A stretch of 58,218 nt of DNA, the filler included, from Asterionella formosa (lineage: Eukaryota), in assembly GCA_002256025.1 (NCBI GenBank). It is 6 parts of 6 records of this genome, joined end to end, with 100 filler letters (N's around TTAATTAATTAA, not from the genome) between each part and the next. Parts side by side here need not be neighbours in the genome. Positions count along the whole stretch, not along the records: positions 9,732 to 19,358 come from NKIB01010390.1; positions 19,459 to 29,084 come from NKIB01010394.1; 4 more parts are not named here. One strand, written 5' to 3'. Below the pieces are notes generated by a model that did no database searches, had not been told where the DNA came from, and worked only from the letters and a program-made list of their open reading frames with translations. Position 1 is the first letter of the stretch; every line of letters begins with the position of its first letter. The translations under genes and the position numbers were made by a program. This document shows positions 12,039 through 24,500 of the stretch, in pieces.

Positions 12039-13837
12039 ATGAGCACACCACCGCCCATGGACCTCATGAGCGATGATGCTTTATTGGAAGACTCTAATGC
12101 TATGCTGTTGAGCATGCGGAAACGAACGAGCATGACGGAGGACGAACAATCCAAGAAACGCGCTTCCATTAAAGAAATCATGCAAGATGAGACCCTCACT
12201 GCCCTGGAGCGACGCCGTTCGATTCAATCACTCATGGACGGACGCAGACAATCAGCTGGTGCGACGCAAGATCGTATGAGTATCGCCGGGAGCATGACCA
12301 TGATAGCGTCAGCAGCAGCCGCGGCGGCGGACTTTTACGACTCGGACGATGACTCGATGCAACACAATGCACTGACCAGACATTCCTACGGATTCAATGC
12401 GAGCACTCACAATGATGCTAATGAGGAGGATGACGACCAGACGGAGAGCTCCTTGTCCTCGGCTGGAGCTGATCTGCAGGATCGATCGGTACGGTCGGTC
12501 AGATCGCAAGAGTCGTCGCCTATGCCATCATCGCGTGGGGGATCCTTCCAAAACCATCCACGAGCTGGGAGGTCCGCGTCGTTGAAGGCATTTGCATCCA
12601 GTGCGGCAGCAGCCGCTGCTGCCGTGGTGGCGCAATTCTCTGACTATCCAGAAGGAGGCAACAATATGCGCATGGAGAAATCAAGACCTGAATGCGAACA
12701 CTATGAACGACAATGTTCCATCATTTCACCGTGTTGTCAACTGTGCTTTGGGTGTAGGATATGCCACGATGAATGTCCTGTTCTGCCCCCTCCATTCTCG
12801 GACTCGGAAAACAATTGCGATGCAGATGGTGCAGATACGGCGCGGAAGAAAGCCAAATTGGCAAAGCGCAGATCCTCGCAGTCGGATGACCAGCATCACT
12901 TAATTGATCGATTTGCAATTAAGGAAGTGATATGTCGCCAATGTTTTTCCCTACAGAGTTCAAAAACGTGAGTCATTTGCTGCGGCTCGGCTCGGCTGCA
13001 AGATAATTCGCTGTTTTTTATATATAATGTTCTTCTAACAGCGCTTGCGTACACCTGCAACTATCCAGAAATTCATGTATCAAATGCAAAACTCAGTTTG
13101 GGGAATATCACTGCATCATTTGCAACCTTTGGATGTCAGCAGACGAAGAACCGTACCATTGCATGGAATGTGGATTTTGCCGTGTCGGAGGTAGAGACAA
13201 GTTCCGTCACTGTCAGGATTGCGGCATGTGCATTGATGCTCTCTTGTTTGGTGATCACAATTGCAAGGCTGGCAAGTACATGTCCAACTGCCCCGTTTGC
13301 CAGGAGGACTTATTCTCGTCACGGTCTGCTTCTCATGAAATGCCCTGTGGTCATGCCATCCACTGGCATTGTTTTAGAGAATTAACATCCTTTGATACGC
13401 GATGTCCAGTTTGCAAAAAGACTGCAGAAACGCATGATCAGATGCAACCCACGTGGGCTGCCATGGCAATGGGAATTGTGCTTCAACCAGTCCCACCGGA
13501 AATGGCTCGTGCCGTTACCATACTTTGCAATGATTGCGAAGAAATTGACGAGGATCGGAGTTGGCACTTTTTGGGAGTCCAGTGTTTGAAATGCTCGAGT
13601 TTTAATACAACTGTCGAAAAGACAACCCTCGTGGGGCTCGATGCAGCGAATTTACTTGGGGACAATCTGAATGCAATGACTGTAAATAGCAGTGCAGCAC
13701 ATCTTATGTTTCTTGAAGAAGGTGCAGGATACATAAATCTGGAATATCTTGATGCACCACTGGCCGAGATCGCCCAATCCCCTACAGCTGAAACGGAAGA
13801 CGAAGGTTCTTCTGAATGCACTAAAATGGATCTGTAG
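12039..13837 (+). CDS. RCHY1: CHY zinc finger + RING-H2 + zinc-ribbon E3 ligase (Pirh2/RCHY1-like), 2 exons (12039-12967, 13069-13837)
   Basis: CEHYERQC...CRICHDE (CHY), YHCMECGFCRVG, CPVCQEDLF...PCGHAIHWHC...CPVC (RING) and ILCNDC...HFLGVQCLKCSSFNT. A 101-bp intron (GTGAGT 12968 ... CCAG 13068) restores the frame. Confidence 0.92.
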
Positions 13838-15920
13838 ATCGACAGGTTGATTCAACTGTGGAATGTTAAATCAAACAACCTGAAAGACTACCTCATTTGA
13901 CATTTCATTGTGCTGATTAGTTGTTTGCACAAAGATTTCTTGTCGTTTCCCACACAAGTTCTATCTATAATCTGAGTATCGCGTGCTCAACCATAATATG
14001 ATGCTCTAGCGTTAAAGTATCTAACTCCAGCATAGTATACTATTGCATACTTCACTTTTCTAGTTTCGCTGGTCATCAGACAACAGATTAGGAACAATTT
14101 CTCCTTATCTGTTTATTGTGAGTGTACTACATAGTTCGCCCAAATTGAGTCCCTTGCTCAATCCAACTCCCACTGTTCCTTGCAATATTTCAGATCCAGA
14201 TAATTCATGTAGATTATGCCTGGCATGATAGTAAACTCCCTCCATGTGCCTTTCATATCTAATCATTCTGGATATCTTCTTGGCCTCATCACAGATACTT
14301 ATTACCATCCAAATGATGACAAATATTGCTTGAGAAGATTCATCCATTGCAACGCCTTAATCAAATATCCTTCTAATCATTCAAAACCTGGTGTGCCGAC
14401 CGACAAACTGATACAACCATATTTACACAAGGGTTAGCAACATGCTTGTACATAAGATAGGAGTAGCATCTGGTACCAGCCACAGCAAATAGGAATACGA
14501 GTCGACTTCCATGAGCCGACTCAATGCTTGTCACATTGCATCACTCTTATAGTACCTACATGAGAAAATGGTTAAACCAGCCAGTTTTCAAACCATAAGA
14601 ATGGGATGATTGAATTCTTCTTCTCCAGGGACTCTACACTAAAACAAGGACAACTTCTTCAACATGCAGGAACGCAATAATGGATGTAGTCCTTCTAGCT
14701 GAAAGATAAACATGACCCTTGCCACTAACTAGCTAGCTGTAGATGAAATGGTTACAGTCCTTGCTCATTGGTTTTCCATGGGAAAAGAAAAATCAAAATA
14801 AAGGTCAAAAGTCAATATTAGTAGAACAGTAGAAAGAACTTCTACAAAGCTACCTATGCCATTCTTGTAGTAGACTTATGTATTGGAACATGCCCTACAG
14901 TTGACCTAAGGTAGGTGGTTTGTTTGGTGTAAAATAATAGTGAAGCGTAAATTATGAGCTTAAAGATTAGTTCATCTATATTAGCTCACGGTTAATGGGA
15001 ATCACAGGGGGTTCGCAGAAGCCACCATCCAAAGGTTCCCTTTGTGCACTATGTGGTGCCAAGAGTACCAGTATTACAGACTTTCTTAGAATTCCGGATT
15101 TGAATATCAACAGTTTATTTTTTATGGTACCAATACAGTCAGGTCAATGGGACTCCATGGAAGAAGCAAACAATTACATCGACTGTTTGATAGAGGCAGT
15201 GCAGACATCATTTGTTTTGTTTGAACAAAGAAATTTAATTGTTCTTTCTTTACATTATGGGGTTGCTTGGAAGAGATAATGTTGGTGAATGGTGACAAAA
15301 ACAGGAAAACAAAATACAAATGTCTAAAAAGGCAAAAAGCACTGGTGGTAGAGTCCTGCCCTCAGCCAAAGGCAAGAGTTCAATCCAAGCTACTAGTGCT
15401 ATCCACTTTCTTTCCCAGTAATTAGTTGAGGAAAAGGCTGAATTATAAAAATGACAAGCACAACTACTGTCTATTAGCCTGACTCTCAAGGAAAAGTGGT
15501 GTATCCAACCATCTTCTCAGCACCTTCCAGGCAGCAGCTTGAGTAACCACATTTTTCCAATATTGGGAAGGTTAATCATTTAGAAAAAGCTGGGCTGTGC
15601 CAAGTGCCATGTGGGGGCTACTCTACTAACCCTTGAGTAGTTTTTGTCGCACTTAATACATGAGTTTACCGGGTACATCATATCATGAGTAGGGGTGTTT
15701 CAGTTTCAGCAAAAATGGCAGACTATGTAGCTACTACAGGAAGAACGTGTCTAACTGCCCTATAAACAATTGAGTACCGGTAGTTTCAAGGTGCATAATA
15801 AATGAAGTTGCTATTACAAGGATACAAATAACAAGAACTAAGGAGGAAGGTGATGATGACGACATTTTGATATGGATGGTCCCTTATAACTGCAAGTTGC
15901 AAACGTTATCTACTCTGACT

Positions 15921-16094
15921 ATGTATGTAGGGATTCATATACGACTACTGATAATTGACACTCGTAACAGCAAGTTTCGGTAATTGTGCTTGTCTGGGAT
16001 AAAGAGAGCTAAATGTTAAGCTCAACAAAATTACTTCAAGCAACTTGCAGGTATTACACACTATCAGTAGTTGTATATGAATCCCTACATACAT
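15921..16094. repeat. Long inverted repeat (hairpin/MITE-like)
   Basis: 15921-15953 matches the reverse complement of 16062-16094 at 32/33 nt, with weaker pairing further inward. Confidence 0.85.
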
Positions 16095-16515
16095 TGAGTA
16101 ACTTTTGGGTCGCTGAGCAGTACTACCGTACTTCACCTACGGTACCCATGTTGCAGTACGAGGAAGTGTGGACGACTTGTCATGCATATTGGTCGTATGG
16201 ATATTTATTACAAGGGTCCGTATATTCCTACATGGCTTCAACGGTGCAACTGGACATACCGGTAGCTGATTTCGCTCATCTCACCTGCGGTGTGATCTTA
16301 AATAGAAATATGGACACAAAAAAAGATTTGCTTTGGTTCCGTTTATTTGCACGAAACGTTTGCAACAGTCATCTTGTACAACGTTGTTCCTTTTCATCGT
16401 ATTCGTTTGTATTCAACTAGTTCGCAGCCGCGAACTACTGCCTTCCTCCAACACCTGTGCCAGTACAACAACAGCAGCAACAGCAACAGCAACTACTGCT
16501 AGTACAAACGACAAA

Positions 16516-17484
16516 ATGCCTACAAGGATGAAATTGGATGAGCTGCTCCGTGCTGGTGGTTTTAGCGCTGCGGAGATTCGTCAAGTGCACGAAGGCGCTC
16601 TCGTCAAGGTTGTGGCCGAGTCCACATGTGACCGCGAGCTTGCAGTCAAGTTTGCCTTTTTGGTGAAAGCTCCGCCCAGCAGTCTCAAGGAGAACTTTAT
16701 GACTACCACCAAAACTCAAGAAAAAGATCCTTCGGTCCTTCAGTCGGGACTGATTGAAACTGGAACTTTGGAGGACTTTGCTACCTTGAGCTTGGGTCCG
16801 TATGGAGCTTCCATGGCAAAGGAATACATGGCTGCCGCACCGGGTTCTACGTTCAACTTGTCCAAGAAGGAAATCGAAGGTTGGCAAGCACTCAAGAAGA
16901 AAGGTGGCAGCGATGTGACTTCGGTGGAGAGCCACTTGCGCCAATTGCTCTTTGATCGTTACCTTGGTTACCGCGAAAGTGGATTGGACGGGATATTTCC
17001 TTATTCTCGTTCCGGTGGCAAGGAATACGATTCAGGCCTAGAATTGCGTCAAAAGACAGAATTGGCCGAATTCATGAAGCGTGAAGCTCCTACCTTCCAT
17101 AAGAATCTGCTCGAGTACCCGCACGCAAAACCAGAGGGGTTGGACGAAAGCTACTCGTGGGTGAATTACAAGATTGATGAAAAGCCAACGTTAGTACTGA
17201 TCCATCGAATGGGACTTCAAGATGGAGATGTCTATGTCTTTTGCGAACGTCACTTTTACGTGAGTCGCAGTCACAACAGTTTGCAGGGCATTGGTGGTAC
17301 CTTTCCTGTTGAAGATGGGAATACCGGTATGTGCTACCTTCAGCGCACATCCACAGATCAGGTGTCAGGCTTTGGTTCTTCCACGAAACGATCGATTGGA
17401 GCTCGTATGATGGCCAGCAAGGTGGCTGACAACTTTGAACGGGCTCGGGCTCTTTTTGAGGAAAAGAGTAAGCATGGAAATTAA
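16516..17484 (+). CDS. Uncharacterised intronless protein (~322 aa), resembling a bacterial hypothetical family
   Basis: Clean ORF with gene-like GC and codon usage. First in-frame ATG is 16516, although the frame is open from 16333. Globular alpha/beta-type sequence. Confidence 0.8.
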   Translation: MPTRMKLDELLRAGGFSAAEIRQVHEGALVKVVAESTCDRELAVKFAFLVKAPPSSLKENFMTTTKTQEKDPSVLQSGLIETGTLEDFATLSLGPYGASMAKEYMAAAPGSTFNLSKKEIEGWQALKKKGGSDVTSVESHLRQLLFDRYLGYRESGLDGIFPYSRSGGKEYDSGLELRQKTELAEFMKREAPTFHKNLLEYPHAKPEGLDESYSWVNYKIDEKPTLVLIHRMGLQDGDVYVFCERHFYVSRSHNSLQGIGGTFPVEDGNTGMCYLQRTSTDQVSGFGSSTKRSIGARMMASKVADNFERARALFEEKSKHGN

Positions 17485-17697
17485 TGTGAGTTCACTACTA
17501 CCACATGAGACGCAATTACAACAATACCATTTGTAATCTTCTACTTTAATGGAGGGTTTTGCTTTTTCCTTCTCTGAGATAGCACATTGACAGAATGGTA
17601 ATGTCTGGGATTGCTGATTGTGAAATTGTCATGTGGATGTTGACAATCTGCTTACTGTTCGCCTGCATGTAAATATTAGGAAAAGTAAAGAATCAAC

Positions 17698-18444
17698 TCA
17701 ACTTTCCGACCTATGACGACGACTCCTCTTGCGCTTGTTTCGATCCTCATCCTCACTGTCCTCATCGTCCCGTCTCCTTGGTTTGTCTCGTCGTCCCTTC
17801 TTCCTGTCTCGCCTTTCGTCGCGCTCTGCATCTTCCCTTCGTCGTCGCTCCATCCGTCGCTCTTCTTCCGCATCGTCTTCCAGAGATCGCACCAGACACA
17901 TGGGTACAGGCTTGACATGTAGAAAGTTACAAAAGCCGCCTCGACTGCAGGATTCTTCATCATAGTCCCGGCACCGCGCTTCGCGAAAGTCCGTAACTGG
18001 ACTGTACTCCACCGCCATGAGCCGTCCGTCGTAGTAGCGCCCATTTAGATTCTCTAGCGCATCGGAGGCCATCTCTTCGTCCGTGTACTTGACGTAGACA
18101 TGGCCAATCATGTGATCCCCCAGATTGTCACAAACGTACAGCGAATCGATCCTGCCAAATTTGGAGAGTTCCATGTACAAATCTTCAAACAAGACGAGGA
18201 ATTCTTCTTGCGCTTGATCTGGATGGACAGCAACTGTGGCATTTCCCGACGCGGCAGCCAGCAGTTCGGCCTGACGGACCGGGTGTCGGTAGAGGTGCTT
18301 GATGAGAATGGTGGGCGAAAAGGCGGGACGGTGATGCAGCCGGGAGCATCGATCGGAGTGACGACAAGCGCCGATTTTGAAATAAAAGGGACAATTGACC
18401 TTGTCTTCTTCCGTTCCGTGGATGCGGGCCAAGTGTTTTGCCAT
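17698..18444 (-). CDS. U2AF1: Splicing factor U2AF small subunit (U2AF35)
   Basis: MAKHLARIHGTEEDKVNCPFYFKIGACRH.DRCSRLH (ZnF1), UHM with DNLGDHMIGHVYVKY, SPVTDFREARCR...CSRGGFCNFLH (ZnF2) and an R/D/S-rich tail. Confidence 0.97.
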   Translation of the reverse strand: MAKHLARIHGTEEDKVNCPFYFKIGACRHSDRCSRLHHRPAFSPTILIKHLYRHPVRQAELLAAASGNATVAVHPDQAQEEFLVLFEDLYMELSKFGRIDSLYVCDNLGDHMIGHVYVKYTDEEMASDALENLNGRYYDGRLMAVEYSPVTDFREARCRDYDEESCSRGGFCNFLHVKPVPMCLVRSLEDDAEEERRMERRRREDAERDERRDRKKGRRDKPRRRDDEDSEDEDRNKRKRSRRHRSES

Positions 18445-18468
18445 GTCTGATCGATGTTGATTGCTTTT

Positions 18469-18533
<65 letters not shown>

Positions 18534-18564
18534 AGTGGTCGTTATCCTTATCGTTATCGTTGCT
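18469..18564. repeat. (GTTGTC)10 microsatellite plus degenerate copies, in the U2AF1 5' region
   Basis: Ten perfect hexamers at 18469-18528, followed by variant units. Confidence 0.95.
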
Positions 18565-18955
18565 GTTCTCCTTATTGTTGTGGGAAGGTTCTGTCCTATC
18601 AGCCAGCACTATTATGATTTGTGCTCTGATATTATTCTATAAATATATCGATTTGGTGTTTGTAGTCCATGTACCTGGTATTTGTGTAATGGCAGTAATT
18701 CACCCTACCACACGTACTGCTGCCGTCATAATGTGGTCGGTTGTAAGGGAGTACTCCGTACCTGGTACCATGGGGTACTAGTAGCTGGTACCAGGTACTA
18801 AGGGTACAGAGCTCGGCCCCGTGCCGTACAACCATGAACCAGGTACCTGGTACTCGGAGTACAGGGTACACTGTGCATATGTACATCATGCAGCCAGAGG
18901 ACGAGGGGGTAACCAGTAACTGTAATAAAGGAGCTGCCTACCGGTACCAGTAAAA

Positions 18956-19030
18956 AACTGCTGTGACCCACTAAAAAAAATTTGGAACCGCTGTGACCCA
19001 CTGAACAGGAGAAAAACACGGTTTGACCCT
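18956..19030. repeat. Three spaced copies of GCTGTGACCCAC-like motif
   Basis: ctgctgtgacccact, ccgctgtgacccact and cggtttgaccctac at about 30-bp spacing. Confidence 0.6.
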
Positions 19031-19358
19031 ACCAAATGCAGATTTGTTAATTTTAAAACTTCGACCCCAATCCTGAGCATGTACGCTCTAAGGCTATGCC
19101 ATTAGATATAAGTTTATAGCAATTGGTTTCTCCTAAAATATTGGTTGAAAAGTGCGATCGACGAAAATATTGCCAGAACACGGATTACCCCATGTTTTGA
19201 GGACTCACTGTTATATGATATACGCAGCATAATACAAAAATATCGCCTTCGATTTATTTGTTGTATGATTCCTGTCATATCCTTATCCCTGTCACTTGAT
19301 AGTGCCTAAGTAACTTGAGCATCATAAAATAAGCGCCCTTTCACCCATACACTTGAAA

Positions 19359-19458
19359 NNNNNNNNNNNNNNNNNNNNNNNNNNNNNNNNNNNNNNNNNN
19401 NNTTAATTAATTAANNNNNNNNNNNNNNNNNNNNNNNNNNNNNNNNNNNNNNNNNNNN
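19359..19458. other. Artificial contig-joining linker
   Basis: N44-TTAATTAATTAA-N44. Confidence 0.97.
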
Positions 19459-19459
19459 C

Positions 19460-19981
19460 CCTATTCATTTCACTCCCTCTGCTCCCATTGGATATCTAAT
19501 CACGCGTTTTGCTCAACCAATTAACCATCCTGCTGACCAACCTGTTTATGCTCCTTAGTCGGCCCCTATTGATTTCACTCCCTCTGCTCCCATTGGATAT
19601 CTAATCTCGCCTTTTGCTCAACCCATTATCCAACCTGCGAACCAACCTGTTTATGCCCAGCCGGTTCATCGTACTCCGAGCTTTTACGATTTGGAATATA
19701 ACTTCACGTGGAACATTCTAGAGGGTTGCATACTACCAACACAAGAATACTACGAAGGACAATTTTGTGCAGATCCTGTGGAATGTCTTTTTTCTTGCAG
19801 TAACAGCATCTACGGGTACCTTGATGCCATTGTGTATTTTAAGTACATGAATGATTATGGATTCAACTGCATTTGTCATCCTAGCGCCACTTCTTTGAAA
19901 AGAATTAAACAGCTGTTTTTTGTATTGTACGATCGAACAAGCCAATGTCAGGGCCATGTAACCGTAATAAGCCTTTCATAA
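19460..19981 (+). pseudogene. 3' fragment of a Pro-rich repeat protein with a Cys-containing (WSC/PAN-like) module
   Basis: Two 105-bp (35-aa) direct repeats starting at 19459 and 19564 (PIxFTPSAPIGY...QPVYA), in frame with ORF 19691-19981. One TAG at 19556. The 5' end is cut by the linker. Confidence 0.45.
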
Positions 19982-21512
19982 AAAAAAATTGGGAATGTTG
20001 ATGTAAATGTGTGAAAAAGAAAGTAGATGAAACATTAATCTATATTTTTGAATTTATTTGCTTGCCAAAAATGCGAACAAAATCTACAGTTTCATCTTGA
20101 ATCTTGAGACAAAATAACAAAACTCCTTGACATTGCAAGTAGTATTTACCAATTTGCTGATTTTGTTTGTTGGTGGCGGGCACCCTAGATACTTTTCTTG
20201 AATTGAAACTTTGATTCCAGAAATTGGGGTGCATCTTTGTGAAAAACAAAGAACGAATAATGGACTATCTCTATGGTGGGGAACTATTCATGTTGACCTT
20301 AGTTGAAAATGACTTTTGCTTTCTAATCTGACATTTGAGCAAAAAGGGACTTGTAAACCTTCACCTTGGCACAATAGCAACCAAATCAAGACCTTTAACA
20401 CTAATTTCATTTGATCGTTTGAGAATGCAATTTGCCTTTAAAAGGAAAAAGATAGCACTAGGATACACCCTTGACTCGGGCAATCTCCTGAAAGAATCGG
20501 AGATTTGTGATTTATTGTACACCGAAACTTAATGATGGCTACTTTACGGCGCTAGCTAATGCATAACTACAGAATTCCAATAGTCTCAAAATCATGACTA
20601 TATATCTTTTAAAAAGCTCCACTTTATATCATGAGTGAGAGCATTGTCATCATTTTTTGTTGGGCTTGTTCGTGGCTTGATGAATGTTAATATAAATAGG
20701 TCGTGTAAACGCACTAAATCAATTTGTATCCATACCGATTTCCTCCACTATGCATGCATATACATATATACATAGAAAGAGGGACCGACAATCATCCTTC
20801 ATCATGTAAATAGTGTCGCGAATATCATTTGTTGTTGTGCTGTTGTAATGGCTGAGGAATTGGTGGTAGTTTGGCCATACTGGCTTGGATTTCTGCTGGT
20901 GTCTTTTCACGCGACTTGTAATATTCCGAATTACGAACAGATTTGCATTTATCCAATTGAGCCTTGAGTTGAGCAGGAACTGGAAGATCTTTCATTGTTT
21001 GAATAGATGATGAGAGAAGAAGGGAAGAGCTTTACTAATAACAAGACGACAGATCGGCGTCGAAAGGGCTACCGGTATGAATATATTATTGTATGGATGG
21101 ATTACATGAACAATGAACACAAGTCAAACAAAGTTGGATGTGGCTACCTGTACCACGGTGGTGTGCTTTTACTATTTGCTTTATAGACACTGACACACAT
21201 GAAGATTCCTGATTCCACATCTGAATATGAGTGAATGAGCCAATCATTTCCGTCCTCGTTTTCATACTTGGTTAGCATAATCACTATGTAGCTTTATCAA
21301 CATTTTATTTACTATACTGTACAGTACTGCACTGTACTGTACTCTACTTATTCCACTATTACCTAATCGGTAATGATTCTTATTTTTCCATTCTACCGTG
21401 ATGTTGTGACGACAGTTACTTCGTGTCAACCTCCGGCTCCAATGGAACGTGAACAAATCCTTTCTCGATCCGCCAAAAACAATGTGTGTAATGTTCATGC
21501 CGTAGCTAGCTG

Positions 21513-24500
21513 ATGTATGAAATCAAAATGACAGTGTTCCATCATTGGTGGGAACAAACGGCCATGACATGGCCAGAATCGGTAGAAGAATGGAATAACC
21601 ATCAGTTTGATGGTAACGGCAATGAACTTTCCTATGAATCACTCGTACTACTGGGTACTTCCATGGTTTCATTATTAAGAAATCAAATGAAGATCAAGCG
21701 TACTAGTGTGTTGGCGGGTCGCGATTGTTGCCCAATCGTTGTTGCACTTCCACACGGTGGTCCGATTTTGGCATTGGTAATTTTAGCCATTCATGTCTTG
21801 AATGAACCCAACAACAACTGCAACAACAATCAATATGCTGTACTAGTAACCATGGATCCTAATGAAGGGAATGAACGATGTAAGCGAATGTTACAAGAGT
21901 GTTCACCAGCCATTATCCTGGTCATGCCAGGGAAGGATATGGAGACGATGCATCAATTGATCCAAGAGATGAATAGCAGTAGCAGTAGCAGTAGTAGCAT
22001 CAGTCCTCCGGATCTGCTAAATGCCTCTGAGTTGTTAGCCAATAGTATGGAAAAGGCCAGCACGATAGATCGAGTCTTGTTCCAACAGCAACTCAGCTCT
22101 ATTCCAAATACGCAAGATCTCTCGACGACAATTCTTCAACTTGAACAACAACTACTGCAAGTACAGAAAGACGAAAACATAATGACATTGTCCCACAACA
22201 ACAGCAATACTACTGCCCATACTATTTCAATCTCCACTGAAAATCGATTGTCACATATATGTTTCACCAGTGGCTCCACTGGGATACCCAAAGGGTGTCA
22301 ATCCTCCATTTTCGCATTACGAAATTATATCCTTGCCAAGAATCAGGCACATTCCATTACATTCCAATCCAAAGTACTTTTGGCCAGTACCATATCTTTT
22401 GACCCATGTTTTTCTGATATTTTAGCAACCTTTTATATAAGGGCAACAGTGATGTTGATACCACGACATGATCAAAACATAGTACCCTCATGGCTCCAGG
22501 GTGTCACTCATGTTTTGACAACACCCACTGTATGGAATGCATGGACAACAGATTGGAATCTTACTGCTGCAACTACTACTAGTAGTAGTAGTAGTTGCTG
22601 TAGTACAACTACTACTGACAAAGACATTCATTCATTATTGTCGTTGCAAGTTATTGCATTAGGTGGTGAACCGATTCCAAAAAAACTTGTTTCCAAATGG
22701 GCTAGGCATGGTGGTACTACCTGCTCTCAAAACCAGCACCAAAAGTACCCTCAATTATTTGCCACCTATGGAGTTACTGAAGCATGTGTGTATCAGACCA
22801 TGGGAGAAGTGTTGTTGGGTGATGACAATGTGTCACATGTTGGGACATGTATGTATGGCAATCATGTCAAGATAGTACCACAACAGGGAGGATCGTTGGA
22901 TATCAACAATCATGGTGTAGGCGAAGTTGTATTGTTTGGAACACAAGTTGATGAATATAGTGGATATGTGAATCGACCAGAATTGACCAAGGAGAAGTTC
23001 ATTCTTGAGGATGGCCAATATCTATACAAAACTGGTGATCTTGGGTACCTGAAGGATGGCAATTTACACATTGTAGGACGGATTCATGGTCAAGAGGGTA
23101 TGGTCAAGGTGAATGGAGTTCGAATTGAGTTGGGAGAAGTAGAAGCTGCTTTGATGGGATTGGATTATGTCGTTTCGGATTGCATGGCAGTGGCCCGAAT
23201 CAGCGACAACGAGTCTCCCAACAAACAAATTCAAGCCTTTATTGTTTTGACTATAGAATGTTTGACCCAACTAAAATTACAGCGCGATTCTATCCCCGAG
23301 ACTGGCGTACTTTGCTCGACAGGACCACTGTTGGTACTTCTCCGGGCACAGTGTCGATCACTACTTCGAATCATGCCATTTGCATTTGTTATTATTCCTC
23401 GTGTCCCAGTATCCCCGACTGGAAAATGTGACCGGACCAGTCTTCCACAGCTTTCAGAATGCACATTAACGTTGGATCGGCTAATACAGGGTGGATCTTC
23501 ATCGTCCATTCCGCTCTGGGACTATGGTGAATCTGGAGTAGTCGTTGCCGAACAGATAATTGAGTGCTTGAACTTACAAGGTTGTCAAAAGGACTTGGTC
23601 ACTACGACTGCGAATTTTTCCATGCTGGGAGGTGATTCCTTGGGTTCTACTCGAATTGTGAGAGCCCTGTATGCGTACCATCACCGTGTTCCAAATACAC
23701 GTGACCTCGGAGGTGCATTTGGGACATTGGAAGGACCATTTGCTGTATCACATCTCATCACATCCAAAACGATGCAAGAGTATGTGGATTGGTTAGACAG
23801 CAATGGAGTATGCGGACCCAAGGGTAGTGATGACAGTATAGTGCAGGAGCGTCGAAACGCCAACAACCCTCATGATACGAAGCACTCTGTAGTGGACAAG
23901 ACCACTCTACTTAAGTCAGAACTTTTCGATGCACTTTTGGAGACTATAACAATGTCACAATTCACAATCGCGCTTGAATTGCTGATTCATGCCGGAGTGG
24001 ATCCAAACTTCGGTGCTCATGGTGGCCGATTATCAAAAATTCATCATCGCATCGATCGAAGGAAGACCTTTACATCGAATCCATTGCATCTGGCATGCAG
24101 CAAGGGTCATTTTAAACTCGTCGAAACCTTATTGCAAAAGGGGTGTAAGTTTAATACTCCTGATGCTTCCGGTATGTTTCCAATTCACATTGCTGCATCA
24201 GGAACAGCTTCTCCTTCATCTTCAACCACGTCGGAACAACAGCAACATGAAAATGATCAATCTCGCCGAAAATGCCTCGAACTGCTACTCGACGCTGGTG
24301 CTCCATTGTCCATGAAGGACGGGAGCAAACAGACTGTGCTTCATGGTGCAGCTCGAGCCGGGAATGTTGAATGTCTTTTATTCTTACTTGCAAAGTGGAA
24401 ACAAGGATTGGCCAATGGAAGTATCTACAATTATAATAATGACAAGCACAAGGGTGGGGAATATGATTGGACTGATCATTGGTACCGCACACCAGTGCAT

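Noticed and set aside
18445..18609. Asn-Asp repeat N-terminal extension on U2AF1 in the ORF track
   Set aside because: It starts at GTG and is just the (GACAAC)n microsatellite. The conserved U2AF35 start MAxHLA is at 18444.
22572..22617. ACTACTACTAGTAGTAGT palindrome inside the NRPS-like gene
   Set aside because: Adjacent triplet microsatellites encoding poly-Thr/poly-Ser in a loop; common in this genome.
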